A stretch of DNA of 59,078 bases, the filler included, from Catajapyx aquilonaris (lineage: Eukaryota): assembly GCA_000934665.2 (NCBI GenBank). It is 3 parts of 3 records of this genome, joined end to end, with 100 filler letters (N's around TTAATTAATTAA, not from the genome) between each part and the next. Parts side by side here need not be neighbours in the genome. Positions count along the whole stretch, not along the records: positions 1 to 19,627 come from JYFJ02006415.1; positions 19,728 to 39,353 come from JYFJ02006416.1; 1 more part is not named here. One strand, 5' to 3'. A model generated the notes under the pieces. The model saw only the letters and a list, made by a program, of their open reading frames with translations, did not search any database and was not told the origin of the DNA. Positions 12,228 through 24,200 of the stretch are shown piece after piece (the stretch's first letter is position 1; every line of letters begins with the position of its first letter). The position numbers and the translations under genes are program-made.

Positions 12228-13477
12228 ATGGCATTCCTAGAATTTTGTGCCTCGTTCTTGCTGCTGACGACACTGGCTTGGGTCGAGCATGCAGGTAAGG
12301 ACACCATTCTTTAATTCTGTACACCGGTAATCAACTTGAAGTAACTGGAAAAAATATATATGTTTTTGCAGACCCAGCCTGTGAATGCATTAATTGGGAC
12401 ACGGATAATGTACGGGACATGGTACGAGAGGTTGGTAAATTCAGTCTACCTTTTTTTATCTTATTCAATTAGCTTCTTAATGTTACTCTCTTGTGTAGAA
12501 ATGCGATATAGGCCCGGAGAATGGAACGCTTTGGGACAAGTGCGCGAAGGAAATGAACGTGGACCCAGAACTGTGGGAGGCCGTTGGTGTATATTCTAGT
12601 CGGAAAAATGTGGAAGAGTGCCGTGTCAACCATCACAGTGCAGAAATATTTGAAAAATTTAGTAAAGTGGAAAGAGAACAGGTACTATAGTTTCTTTCAC
12701 TATATTAATTTAATATCATCATTATTGCACAAAGAATGGGAAACTCGGGCCGCGGATTACAAAATACACTATAGCACACTCTCTTTTGACATGTTTCCTC
12801 TTTCTCTTTCAGTGCGTGGTACATTGCGTCTTAAAGGAGTTAGGTGGGGTAAGTAAAAGAAGTGTAATAGAAACAGTCATTTTGAGTCCTGCGTTATCAC
12901 AACGTGGCATGAGCACGTGTCTTTTTGTTTAATTGACCCAAGCTTTAAGAAAAGTTTTACTGCGATCTCCTTTTATCTCACATTACATCTGGCTAGTAAT
13001 GGACTCACGATGGCGGCGAATTAATGAAGTTACTGATCATTCGGATCCAAATATTATGACAGTTTACAATATTTAGGTGAATGCTGACGAAACCATCAAT
13101 CAAGAAGAACTACTCAGAAAAGTGACCGACATGGCAGCCGAAAAGGGAGTGACACTACCTTCTGACCAGATCAAGAAATGCTTGAAAGATTCAGGCAAAG
13201 GTATCAAACGAGCATATTTAAGTGACACAACATGACCTAATTACACATTTTCGACAGGGCCAGAATCCAAGTGCGTGGACGCAAGCGTTATGTTAGATAA
13301 TTGCTTTTGGGACTTGGCATTAAAAGAGGTAGGCCTTGTTGACTTTTAAAAGAGTTCATGAAGTGTGCATGATTCTTGTAATTGCAATATCATGATACCA
13401 CACAGTACCGCCTGAAATGTTGGGATGACAACTGCAAGGTTGGACGTCGAAGGATCGAAATCAGTCGTCGAAGATAA
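12228..13477 (+). CDS. Secreted 12-Cys OBP-like protein, copy 3 (203 aa)
   Basis: Exons 12228-12294, 12372-12430, 12499-12681, 12813-12848, 13077-13200, 13258-13328, 13406-13477 (612 nt, open). It has frame-preserving 12-nt and 3-nt insertions relative to copies 2 and 4. Non-coding last exon from 14246. Confidence 0.88.
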
Positions 13478-13819
13478 AGAGGTGGAGGTAAGACTGACTA
13501 ATTACGTTTATTTCTAGTGTAATTTGCAACAGTATGTTAGCAATAACAATGCAGACTACGTATTTGCAACTGATCTGCACTAACCTAATCAGGAAATATG
13601 CGTAACATTTTTAAACAAAATTTCATAGTGACTGACCAAAAAATAATATTATTTGCTTATTAAAAGTCCAAACTAATGTTCTAGACGTAACTAAAGGCCC
13701 GATAATATAAACTCATATTAAGGGAAAACATTATGTTGGTGACTTTTAACATTTTATTTCATACCACAGGACTTGAAGTAGCGCTTTATTACTTACGTTT
13801 TACAGAATTTGTCCTTTTG

Positions 13820-14232
13820 ACCGAAGCAGTAGTGGTGTAGTGGATAATATGGTGTCCGACTGCTAATCGGGAGGTCCTGGGTTCGAGTCGCGGAGGCCGG
13901 CGCGGTGGTCCTGACCTTGGTTTTCTGTGGTTTTCCAAGGTCGCCCCAGGAATAATTTCCGGGATCGTACCGTAAAATAGGCCACAGCCGCTTCCTTCAT
14001 TTCCCTGTCCTGGAGGAGGTGCGGGTTAGTCGGGGGTTTCTGACTCGCATCTATAGGGGTTCACCTTGGCGAACGGGCCCCCTGAGGGACTGCACACGAC
14101 CCCCAACTTGATGACATTGCACATGCACCAGTGTCCCCCCCTCCTATCCCCACCCTGTCCCTGCACATAGTGGTATTTCACTCCCCTAAGAGAGCCCATG
14201 GCTCTAGCACGGGGTATATCTAAAAAAAAAAA
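13820..14232 (+). mobile_element. tRNA-derived SINE
   Basis: A-box TGGTGTAGTGG, B-box GGTTCGAGTCG, poly(A) tail at 14222-14232, TSD TGTCCTTTTG/TGTCATTTTG. Absent from copies 2 and 4; a second family member lies at ~46470. Confidence 0.85.
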
Positions 14233-14917
14233 TGTCATTTTGCAGAAAGACGTATAGGATGAGGCCTACATAGTCCAGCTCTCTACTTCAAACTGACATT
14301 GCCAAAATGTCTGGATAAATGTTTCCCTTAATAAATGAACTATGCTTGCTGAAAACTAATACTGTAGAATTTGCTGGAAAATCAAACTATAATTTCTTTG
14401 ATGTAAGTATAATAATGGAATTGTTCGGTGTTCGCTGATGACCAGGAAGCGCTACATAATAATTATTGTGTTATTGTACTGTACTTCTGGGAGTAAAATG
14501 GCGGTCTGGTTAAATTTATTAGCTCTTAGAAAATTGTTTTAAAATGTGATTTAAATGCACAGGTTCCAAATAAAATATGAGCAACGCATTTTTGAACTTT
14601 CCATATTACTGCCTTTTCATGAACTTTATTCCCTTTTCCTTGCGACTTTACAGTGTATTAAAAACACAATGACAGAATCAATGAAATAAATGTGAAGGGT
14701 TAAATGAAATAAGGGGTTAAGCCCACAGAACCCAACTTTTGGAAAACAAGAAAAAATCGATTGAAAAAATATATATAACTTATATATAGCTATTTCATCC
14801 AAAATTATATCTTATGTCACTCTCTACCTTAGAACCATGCCAGTTCATTCACGGTTCTTAATTGTCATAAGTTTTACAGTTATAGCTCAACGAAGTCTAG
14901 GGAAGGCAATGAAATCC

Positions 14918-14920
<3 letters not shown>

Positions 14921-14995
<75 letters not shown>
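14921..14995. repeat. (TAA)25 microsatellite
   Basis: Read directly; the paralogous site at ~9899 has only about 3 units. Confidence 0.95.
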
Positions 14996-14996
<1 letters not shown>

Positions 14997-15595
14997 TATA
15001 GCGCCATCTTTGATAAAGGATCAGATTCGTGCAATAAGAGTAGGCCTACACGTCAGCCGGACTTGCATCCTTATACGTAGTAATGATGTTGAAAGCAAGT
15101 TAATGTAAAAGCGATGCACGTCCACTGACGTGCCTCTTTGTTGCACAAAAGAATATATTATTGCATGGGCATATCTCGCCTGCTATTCTAGGTACCAAAG
15201 TATTCAGTCATCGGCGACATGAGCCATTGTTTACATATTACATGGCCTAGAAAATTGGTAATGTGCAATGACCACATTGCAATAAGGGCCCATCTCGATT
15301 TTTACGGATATGATTTTATTTTACTACTTCTGGTGGATGTCCATCCGTATAAAATGCAAGAAGAGCCGAAATGTCACTAGTATTGCCTTTAAAAGGCTTC
15401 TAACTATCGATGGACCAAAACTCGATTTCTCGATAGCAGTGACAAACGTAATTGTCACTTGAAAAGCGCGATTTTAATACACTACAAACTGACTACAGGT
15501 GTCAAGCGATTTTGAAGTAGCGGTGATTTTTAATAGCTGGAATTCATACAGTACAATCGGACCTTCAGGAGCGTTACTTTTATTATACAAAGTGC

Positions 15596-15850
15596 TTCCT
15601 TTTGCAGAAAAAGTATAGCACCACGTACAATGCATCTGTCTCTATAAAATTACATCGTCAAACTTACTGGAATTATGTACTGTATTCCTTAATAAATAAA
15701 TTAGCATGCTAAAAACTAGCAGTTGCATCAGGTGAATATTGAATCTTTCATGTCCTTGACGTGGAATTTTCCGGCATTCTGTGATGTGACCAGAAAGTAC
15801 CACACAATACATGTTCTAGCTTACTGTTCTTCTGGGAGTTAAGTGAGAGC
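15596..15850 (+). pseudogene. Orphan, diverged copy of the OBP-like terminal exon and 3' flank
   Basis: TTTTGCAG|AAA...ACATCGTCAAACTTACTGGAAT...TTCCTTAATAAAT...TGGAATT..C.G..TTC..TGATG..ACCAG...ACTGT.CTTCTGG aligns with 3774-4017, and no upstream coding exons are recognisable. Confidence 0.6.
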
Positions 15851-16069
15851 TCCATCAAAAATGATTTTTTTATTCCAGCTGAAGTTGCTTCATCACTCTT
15901 GTTACCTTCCCATCATTAATAAACGGGCAGCTATTCCTGCAATAAGATAATATCCTTTCCGGTCCTTTCACAAGTTTACAAAGATATTATGATATGTCAC
16001 TAACAGAATAAACGTTATTTTAATACGCCTGCACGTTGTGTCATGGTGATCGAAAATTGAGTGACCGGT

Positions 16070-17045
16070 GCACGTGTTGCACATTCTGTTAGATATGGCA
16101 ACCCTGCGATAGTCCCCTCCCTCGGGGTGGGCCATCGTGGCTCCACGTCCAGATATGTTCGGACGTGTCCAAAGAACAATTCTACCAAGTTTCACGTCTT
16201 TGTCACCAAATGCAAGCTCCCTATCAAAATATAAACGCATGTTGCACAGTCTGTTAGATTTGGCAACACCATGATAGTGCCCTCCACCGGGGTGGGTCAT
16301 CGTGTCCCCAGGTCCAAATATGTTCGGAAGTGTGCAAAAAACTATATTGTACCGAGTTTCACGTCTTTGTCACCGAATGCAAGCTCCCTATTCACATAGT
16401 TTACTTAGAGAGCCCATTAGATCTGGAAACCCTGCGAGTGACCCCCAGCGGGGTCATCCATAGTGGCCTCACTTACAGACATGTTCAGTAGTGTCCGAAG
16501 ACCAACTGGGGCGAGTTTCATGTTTTATCAGTGTTTTATCACCGAATGCAAGGCCCTTATTCATGTAAAGGTGTGCAACACATGTTCGATTTGGCAACTC
16601 CGCGATAGTGACCCCTGGCGAGGCCACCAGGGGTCACCCACCGTGACCCCACGTCCAGATATGTTGAGATGTGTTCGAAGAACTACCGTACCGAGTTTCA
16701 CGTTTTTATCACCGAATGCAAGTTCCCAATTCACATGATCTTCGCAGAGATGTATGTTTGGTCCGTTAGATCTGGCAACCCTTCAAGTGACCCACAGCGG
16801 GGTCAGTCATCATGGCCCCACATCCAGACATGTTCAGAAGTGTCCAAAGACCAATTGTGGCGAGTTTCATGTTTTTGTCACCCAATACACGGTCCTAAAA
16901 GGATGCTGCATCTGGTAGTTATGGAAACCCTGCGAAATGGACCACCACCGGGGTGGGTCACCGTGGCTCCACGTCCAGATATGATCAGAAGTGTCCAAAG
17001 GACAAGTGTACCGAGTTTCATACTTTTGTCACAAACTGCAAAGTT
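16070..17045 (+). repeat. Diverged tandem array, about 6 copies of a ~155-180-bp unit (probably TE-internal)
   Basis: Recurring TTAGATCTGGCAACCC...CGGGGT.G.TCA...CCACGTCCAGATATGTT...CCGAGTTTCAC...TCACCGAATGCAAG at ~16088, 16253, 16417, 16585, 16765 and 16916. Confidence 0.8.
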
Positions 17046-17412
17046 CAACCCCTTAGCACCCGGACTATTCTTGGTAACTTCTGGTTTAACGTAACAATAA
17101 GCAAATACAAAATTGCTCATACTTTTCGGGTCGCAGGAATTACATTTCCCCGCAATAAAATTTAATTCTGTAAACATAAAAACAGTTCAATTTGTGCGCA
17201 CACAATGTTTCAAAATAAAATTCGGAGAAGAGATTTAATAGGGGCATATGGGCTGACCTATGACTCTCTACAAAACTCAAAAAAGCGGCCTTAACAGCTT
17301 CATGGATAACTTATCGCTACCATTCCGAAAAGGTCACCTTCGTCTACGACGCTTATAAAAATAATTTATCAAATAATACTAGAGTACCATCCAGACGAAT
17401 CACAATTCCGCG

Positions 17413-18641
17413 ATGGCACTCCTGGGATTTTGTGCCTCGTTCTTGCTGCTGGCGACGGTGGCGTGGGTAGACCATGCAGGTACGTGCAGCAGTTATTATG
17501 TACAACGGTAATCAGCCCAAAGTAACTGAAAAATAATTTATTTTGTGCAGACCCAGCCTGTGAATGCATTAATTGGGACACGGATAATGTACAGGAGGTT
17601 GGTAAATTCAGGCTCCCTTTTTAATCTTATTCAATCTGCTTCTTAATGTTACTCTCTTGTGTAGAAATGCGATATAGGCACTGAGACTGGAGCGCTTTGG
17701 GACAAGTGCGTGAAGGAAATGAACGTGGACCAAGAACTGTGGGAGGCCATGGGTGCAATTTCTAGTCGAAAACATACGGATGAGTGTCGTGTCACCCCTG
17801 AGAGTCCCGAATTATTTAAAAAATTTGGTAAAATTGAAAGAGAAAAGGTACTAGTTTCTTTCACTATATTTAACATCATCATTATTACTGACAGTTAGCA
17901 ATCATCGCACAAAAAGTGGGAAACGCGTGGATTACAAAATATGTCGCACTCTCTTTTGACGTGTTTCCTCTTTCTCTTTCAGTGCGTGGCTTATTGCATC
18001 TTAAAGGAGTTGGGTGGGGTGAGTAAAAGAAGAGTAACAATAACCGTCATTTTGAGTCCTGCGTTATCACAACATCGCATGAGCACCAGTCTTTTTGTTT
18101 AATTGACCAAAGCTTCATGAAAAGTCTTACTGCGATCTCCTTTTATCTCACATTACATCTGGCTAGTAATGGACTCACGATGGCGTCGACTTAATGATCA
18201 TTCGAAGCCAAGTATTTACGACAGTTTACAATATTTAGGTGAATGCTGACGAAACCATCAATCAAGAAGAACTACTCAGAAAAGTGACCGAAATGGCAGC
18301 CGAAAAGGGAGTGACACTACCATCTGACCAGATAAAGAAATGCTTGAAAGATACAGGCAAAGGTACCAAACGAGCAAATTGAAGTGGCACAACTTGACCT
18401 AATTAACTTACATATTTTCCATAGGGCCAGCAACCAAGTGCGTGGACTCAAGCGATATGATAGATTGCTTCTGGGACTTCGGATTCAAAGAGGTAGGCCT
18501 TGTTGATTTTTAAAAAATCATGAAGTGACCAAGATTCTTGTAATATTGCAATATCATAATACCACACAGTACCGTATAAAATGTTGGGAGGACAACTGCA
18601 AGGTTGGACGTCGAAGGATCGAAATCAGTCGTCGAAGATAA
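17413..18641 (+). CDS. Secreted 12-Cys OBP-like protein, copy 4 (198 aa)
   Basis: Exons 17413-17479, 17551-17597, 17665-17847, 17983-18018, 18239-18362, 18425-18492, 18570-18641 (597 nt, open). Non-coding last exon from 18979; AATAAA at 19052 and 19068. Confidence 0.88.
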
Positions 18642-19627
18642 AGAAGTGGAGGTAAGACTGACTGATTACGTTTATTTCCTAGTGTAATTTGCAACTAACA
18701 GTCTGTCAGCACTAACATGTATTTACAACTGATCTGCACTAGCATAATCTGGAAAGACGCGCGTAACACATTTTGATTTCATACAGACTTACCTAAAACT
18801 AACACTTACTTTACCCATTCAAAAGTCCAAACTAATGTTTTCGTCGTAACTAAAGGCCCTGTAATATAAACTCAAATTAAAGGAAAACATTCTGTTGGCG
18901 AATTTCACATAAATTTATTTCATACAACATATCCTAAGGAAGCGTAATATTTATTTTACCAAATTTGTCCTTTTGCAGACAGACGTATAAGATGAGGCCT
19001 ACAGTCCAGCAGAAGCTGTCTTACTTCAAACTGACATTGTCAAAATGACTGAATAAATGTTTCCCTTAATAAATGAACTATTCTTGCTGAAAACAAACCA
19101 TAACTTTTCTGATGTAAGAAGTACGTATACATGGAATTGTTCGGTATTCGCTGATGACCAGAAGGCGCCACATATTGTGTAGCGCCAGGGCCACCTAGAG
19201 ACAAGGCCAGGGCGCCGGAATCATGACGTCACGATAGGGGGCGAGCTCCTCCGTAAGCGGACTATGGCGGGAGCACATTTTTGTACACGTTTTCTCCATT
19301 ATTTTCATGCCAATGCATCGGAGGATCATAACACCCTCTAATTGATATCTGGAGAATGATTTGGTGATTGCAACGATGTGAAAAAATCGCACATGTTTTT
19401 GTTAGACAGTAGTAAATGGTGGGGGAGAACCCAGCTGTCCTTCGTCCAGATGTCAATCACTTATTCCCTCGAAATTATCCACTCTGATTTAGATAACACT
19501 GGTCTACAAAATTGTTGTACAATTGATCTGCAAGTGTTGGGTATGTACTGTATGTAATTATCAAGAGCTAAATGGTATTATGTTGTGTAATGTGCTAATT
19601 TTGGTTCAATGCTTATGAGTATAACTT

Positions 19628-19727
19628 NNNNNNNNNNNNNNNNNNNNNNNNNNNNNNNNNNNNNNNNNNNNTTAATTAATTAANNNNNNNNNNNNNNNNN
19701 NNNNNNNNNNNNNNNNNNNNNNNNNNN
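19628..19727. other. Artificial contig-join spacer
   Basis: Exactly N44-TTAATTAATTAA-N44 (100 bp, stops in all six frames), identical to 39354-39453. Confidence 0.95.
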
Positions 19728-20829
19728 GAGGTCTTCATTTCTCATCTCTACATTTTTTTACTTGTTTTGGGCCAGCCAGTACACTGCAGGCCTGACTACA
19801 TGATAGTAAGAAACACCCTGTATATAGTGTGTTCTAAATGTCTGGGTCCTTTTAGTTACATTTAGTTAAATTTTCCCTGAAGTTGTTATTTGCGTGTAGC
19901 TTTTGCACCCCAGTCGAGGTGCCCAATATTCCCAGGTGTGGTCGAATTTAATAACTTGAGGCTAAATTTTGTGACCTGGATGCTGGATCCCCTTGTACAT
20001 CTTGATAGATAGTAAATGTAGGATTCTTTGAATGCCCAGGAGATCACCCAGCTGTTGGTATGGTTACAAAACACCTTGTATATTGGAAATACCGGTACTG
20101 TACATGTTATGCAATTCCCAAGTAGCCTGTTGAAAATATTTTTACATGGGCCATGCTGTAACTTGTAAGAATTCTTAAGCAATTACTGCTATTTTTATTT
20201 TCGCATTAGTAGGTACCAGAATCAGTTATACTATTGGACTAAAGTTACCCATGTAGAAACACCCTGTGCAAAGTTGGACTCGACTCTTTGTGACCGGCAA
20301 TCACCATGTACTCTTACACAGCTCCAACTTGAGTTGAAGGGCATGTTCAATCAATTACATGTGTAACGGTATTAGGCTTTGGAGTTCATGTTCTCTCAGT
20401 CAACAATGAATGATGGGATTGATAGCAGCTTATTCTTGAATGCTGCACATTTTGTTCCTTGTTTGTTGTCGGCTGAGAAAATTTTGGATTTTTCTGCACT
20501 TGTGGTCTATTAAATGCTTAGTGCAGTACAAGGCATTGACTCTGCTTTTGACTACTACAATATTAATTAATGAATTTGGCTAATTGAAGCATGTGCCAAA
20601 GGTTTACATTTTTAACTTGAACCTGTCAGATCATGTGATTCTTCATTGGGATAATGATTATGTTGTTAACACTACTTGTTATTAAGATTCCAAGGACTGG
20701 TCCTGTATCTTCCGATCATTACAAATTTTGCCACAATTTTGCATGACAGGCAGCTTTTTTTTTACAACTTGAGCAATAAAATGTTTTTTTCTCTCCTCGT
20801 AATATCCCAAGATGCATTGGTAGTGAAGT

Positions 20830-21030
20830 GCACTAACATATCACAATTCCTGAAAGAGATTTGTTTTCATTCCCTTAAAAAATTTATGGAACTGATGGGT
20901 CTCAAAAGTTGTAAAAATGGTAAAGGGATGCTGCACTCAATGGACAAGTTTGGCTATAAAAATCAGGTTAAAAATCTCGATTCTCTGACAGTGGATGGTA
21001 AGCCAAGAATGAGAGGTCAGAGTTGACCGG
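20830..21030 (+). mobile_element. Degenerate hAT (Charlie/SPIN-like) transposase fragment
   Basis: ...KFMELMGLKSCKNGKGMLH...KNLDSLTVDGKPRMRG resembles the hAT motif EELL.L..L...TTG..IF...L.SITTDGAPAM.G. Recognised by eye only. Confidence 0.4.
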
Positions 21031-23039
21031 AAAGACATTGTAGGAGCAGTAGTGGCAGAAAAGAGATCACAAATTAATAATCTCACAACCTTCATTCTGA
21101 GGAGAAAATAAGTGCATCAACTCCCTCTGCATATCTTGACCAACTCTCTCCCTCCTACAACTATCTGGTTTGCAACTTTGATGTACCACTGGCTGTTCTT
21201 CTTTTGATGACCCAATGTAGCAGACATTGGATTTTTCCTGACTTCATGCTTACCACTCACAGTCAGTAAGAAGAAAAAGGATTTCACCCTTGTAATCATG
21301 ATCTTTTGCCTGATTTTTAGAGCTGAACTTGTCAGTTGAGTGCAGTCTCTCTTTAAGTGAAGGGAACACTATGCTTGTGTCCATCATAATAGGGGATGTT
21401 AAAACTTCCATTATTGACTGGTAAAGATATGGAAAAGAACAATTCACTCTCAAGGCATTAATAAGTTTGTGCTGTACAAATCCCACCTGTCTCCTTTTCT
21501 GCAAATATGTCCACAATTTCAGAGGAATAAGAAGATAGCATGTACTGAAGAGCATGTCTTAAAAGCTTCAGTTGGATATTGTGCTGAATAATGCAGCAGT
21601 TGACCCCTTCATTTGGGATCATGGCAGAAAAACTGGCCACATTTTAGCTGATGCACTACACTAGCTATAAACTATCTCTTACAGAGCAACAGTTCACTAA
21701 CCACGTAATTGCCCCATGAGCCTATCCACAAAACATGTGCAGCTGCGAACAGGCGGAGAGGCAAATCCACCTGGCTCTCATTTGTAACTGCTGCATATAC
21801 TGTATTGTGGATGTGTTCATTTGTGTGGATTAAAAATAGCTTTTAACACCCTGCTGAGACGCCTGATTGACTATCCCAAGAGTAGGCATACATGGTCATG
21901 ACCTTTAAAAACATGATCAAAATAAACATACAAGTATAGCGTAGATATTCTACGTAATAACTCATGATATATAGGCGTAGTACAACATAACAAATCATTT
22001 CAGTTGAAATTGTTATAAGTGTACATATGACGAGGGGGACTTCGTGGAACCGATGTACAGGGTCCCTGTGCAACTGGCCAGGAACCGGGTGGACCCACCA
22101 GGTTCCAGGAGCTGGTGTAAACTTTTCTCGGGAGTGATTACCCCCTTGACATAATTATGATGATTGTCACACACATGAACAGTTTTCACTCTATTTTTTT
22201 ACTTTCCCAGGACATGATGTCAGGGCAAATAACTGTTCAGTTTATATTGTACCCAATTAATAATTATTAATCGGGTACAATATAAATGGAACAAAATGGA
22301 ACTTTTTGATTTTATGAATAGTAAGATTATAATCTTACAATTCATAAAATCAAAAAGTTCCATCCAACCTGGTTTTTATGATGGATTTTGTCATAAGCAG
22401 CACTTGAATGTTGGCAGGCAATCTCCTGTTAGTGTGTAAATTATCCTTGAAGAGGTAATAAATTTGTAATGGGCAAAACATGGTTGAGGGACGTGCGATT
22501 ATTTTTGGATGTTAGTCTCTGACGAAGGAACAAGGTGCTGTTTTCATAGTCAAGGTTAAGAGTTTCTTGACGTCTTTACAAGTTACTTAAAATGACTGCC
22601 AAGAAATAACATCAAAAGCAGTCAAAGATATATCCAACTTTGTGGAACCGCTGCGTATCCCAAATTAATGACCCAGCAGAAAACCTGGGCTATATTAAAA
22701 GTAATCTAATCGGAGTCTCGAGACAGAAACGCAACAAAGTCGTAACTAACCGCGTGGCTCCAGTTGATGGGTAATTCATGTGCCTTTGCACGGAAGCTTG
22801 CTTTTCTGGTTCACTTGAGGGAGGAGGTACAAATACTTTATAGTCGACGTACGAGAATTTAACAGCCTGGTCCGTGCAACAATAATTGAAAGAAAACAGG
22901 TATAGGTCACCATTCCGATCTTTGGATCAGATTGTCACCAGCCATTCAACGACGGACATTCTCTACTTCGGCAGGTGGGTCCCATTTGTCTGCTTATTTT
23001 CATATCGCTTGTCGAACTTCATCAGGCTTTCTTCAGTCC

Positions 23040-23290
23040 TGGAACTACAAATTCTCATGATTTCATTATTTACTGTTGCTGGAGGGATCAATCCGAATGG
23101 ACAAGACCGTGATCCAGACCTTGAACCCAGTGGTCATCATATTTTTTGCTATATCAGGAAGTTGTTGGGTGTGCCCAAGACACGGAGGAATTTCCTTGGC
23201 TGCGAGAGTGCTCGACAGGGGCTTACAAAATCTGGTGACCATAATTTGGAAAATGCTTCGATTGGCATGATGTTTGTCATGGTGGTAGCT
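23040..23290 (+). mobile_element. Possible degenerate non-LTR retrotransposon fragment (post-RT region)
   Basis: HHIFCYIRKLLGVPKTRRNFLGCESARQGL resembles the LINE motif F.KR.LGV..ST.N..V.GE.GR..L. Weak. Confidence 0.3.
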
Positions 23291-24200
23291 AAAGATATGC
23301 TCCATCGTGTGGTGATGTTGATTTTTGTGCGAAATTATTATTAAGAATTATACGGTCAAACTATATGTACTTTTTGAATGCGGTTATAACTCGCAATCAG
23401 GGACATCAAATTACAGAAAGTTCACCCCTGATGTAATATTTATAATCAAGGCCGAATATAAATGGTTATTGACTTTCCTTCCGTAAACATGATGCAACAA
23501 GCAATGGTCAATTCAGTAGGCAAACAACAATTTTCTTTTGGCTCTCACATGCTAACCACACGTCAAATGCATGCAATAGGAACTTTTCCTGCTGCGAAGT
23601 TACACGAAATAGCGACAGTCTCGCCAATTTTCCTTGGAATCGATTCATATAATGCTCACTTTCATTCGATCAAGGGACACAGGAAAGAACTTTGGTACTC
23701 ACCATATATGCGAGTTTCTATACATTCATATAAGACCTAGGTTCAAATATATATGATTTCTCTCTGGAAACGATGTAGTCGACTAGTGGAAATGCAAACC
23801 TTCCACCAGAAGGACCTTGATTGTTTACATTCGAATCAGTTCCGGTTCTTTTTTTCCCCCTTTTTTGTTTTATTCCTGTAGCTAGTTTACAAGAGAGTTG
23901 TGCATGCCAGCTAATCCGAGTTTGTTGCCAGCAGTAGGTCACGTACCATCAGGGCCGGGCTTTATTTTGGGTGGTCCCAAAGTAGGAAAGACCGAAACCA
24001 TGCAGCCGCCGGGTGCAACACGTACAGCAGACACCGCCTACAACATACTGTGGGCTTGCTGGATGCATTGGCCATCCTAATGTGAGTCACACTGCAGCTG
24101 TATCAGTATGGTCTACACACACACACTCGGTAGTTAGATCGTCACAAGCAGCCTGGCTGCCAGACCTCACTTTGATGATGTCTTCGGGAGACCCCAGCTG

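Noticed and set aside
12360..12856. Apparent frameshifted pseudogene (ORF track shows out-of-frame pieces of copy 3)
   Set aside because: Manual splicing gives an uninterrupted 203-aa frame, and both indels are multiples of three.
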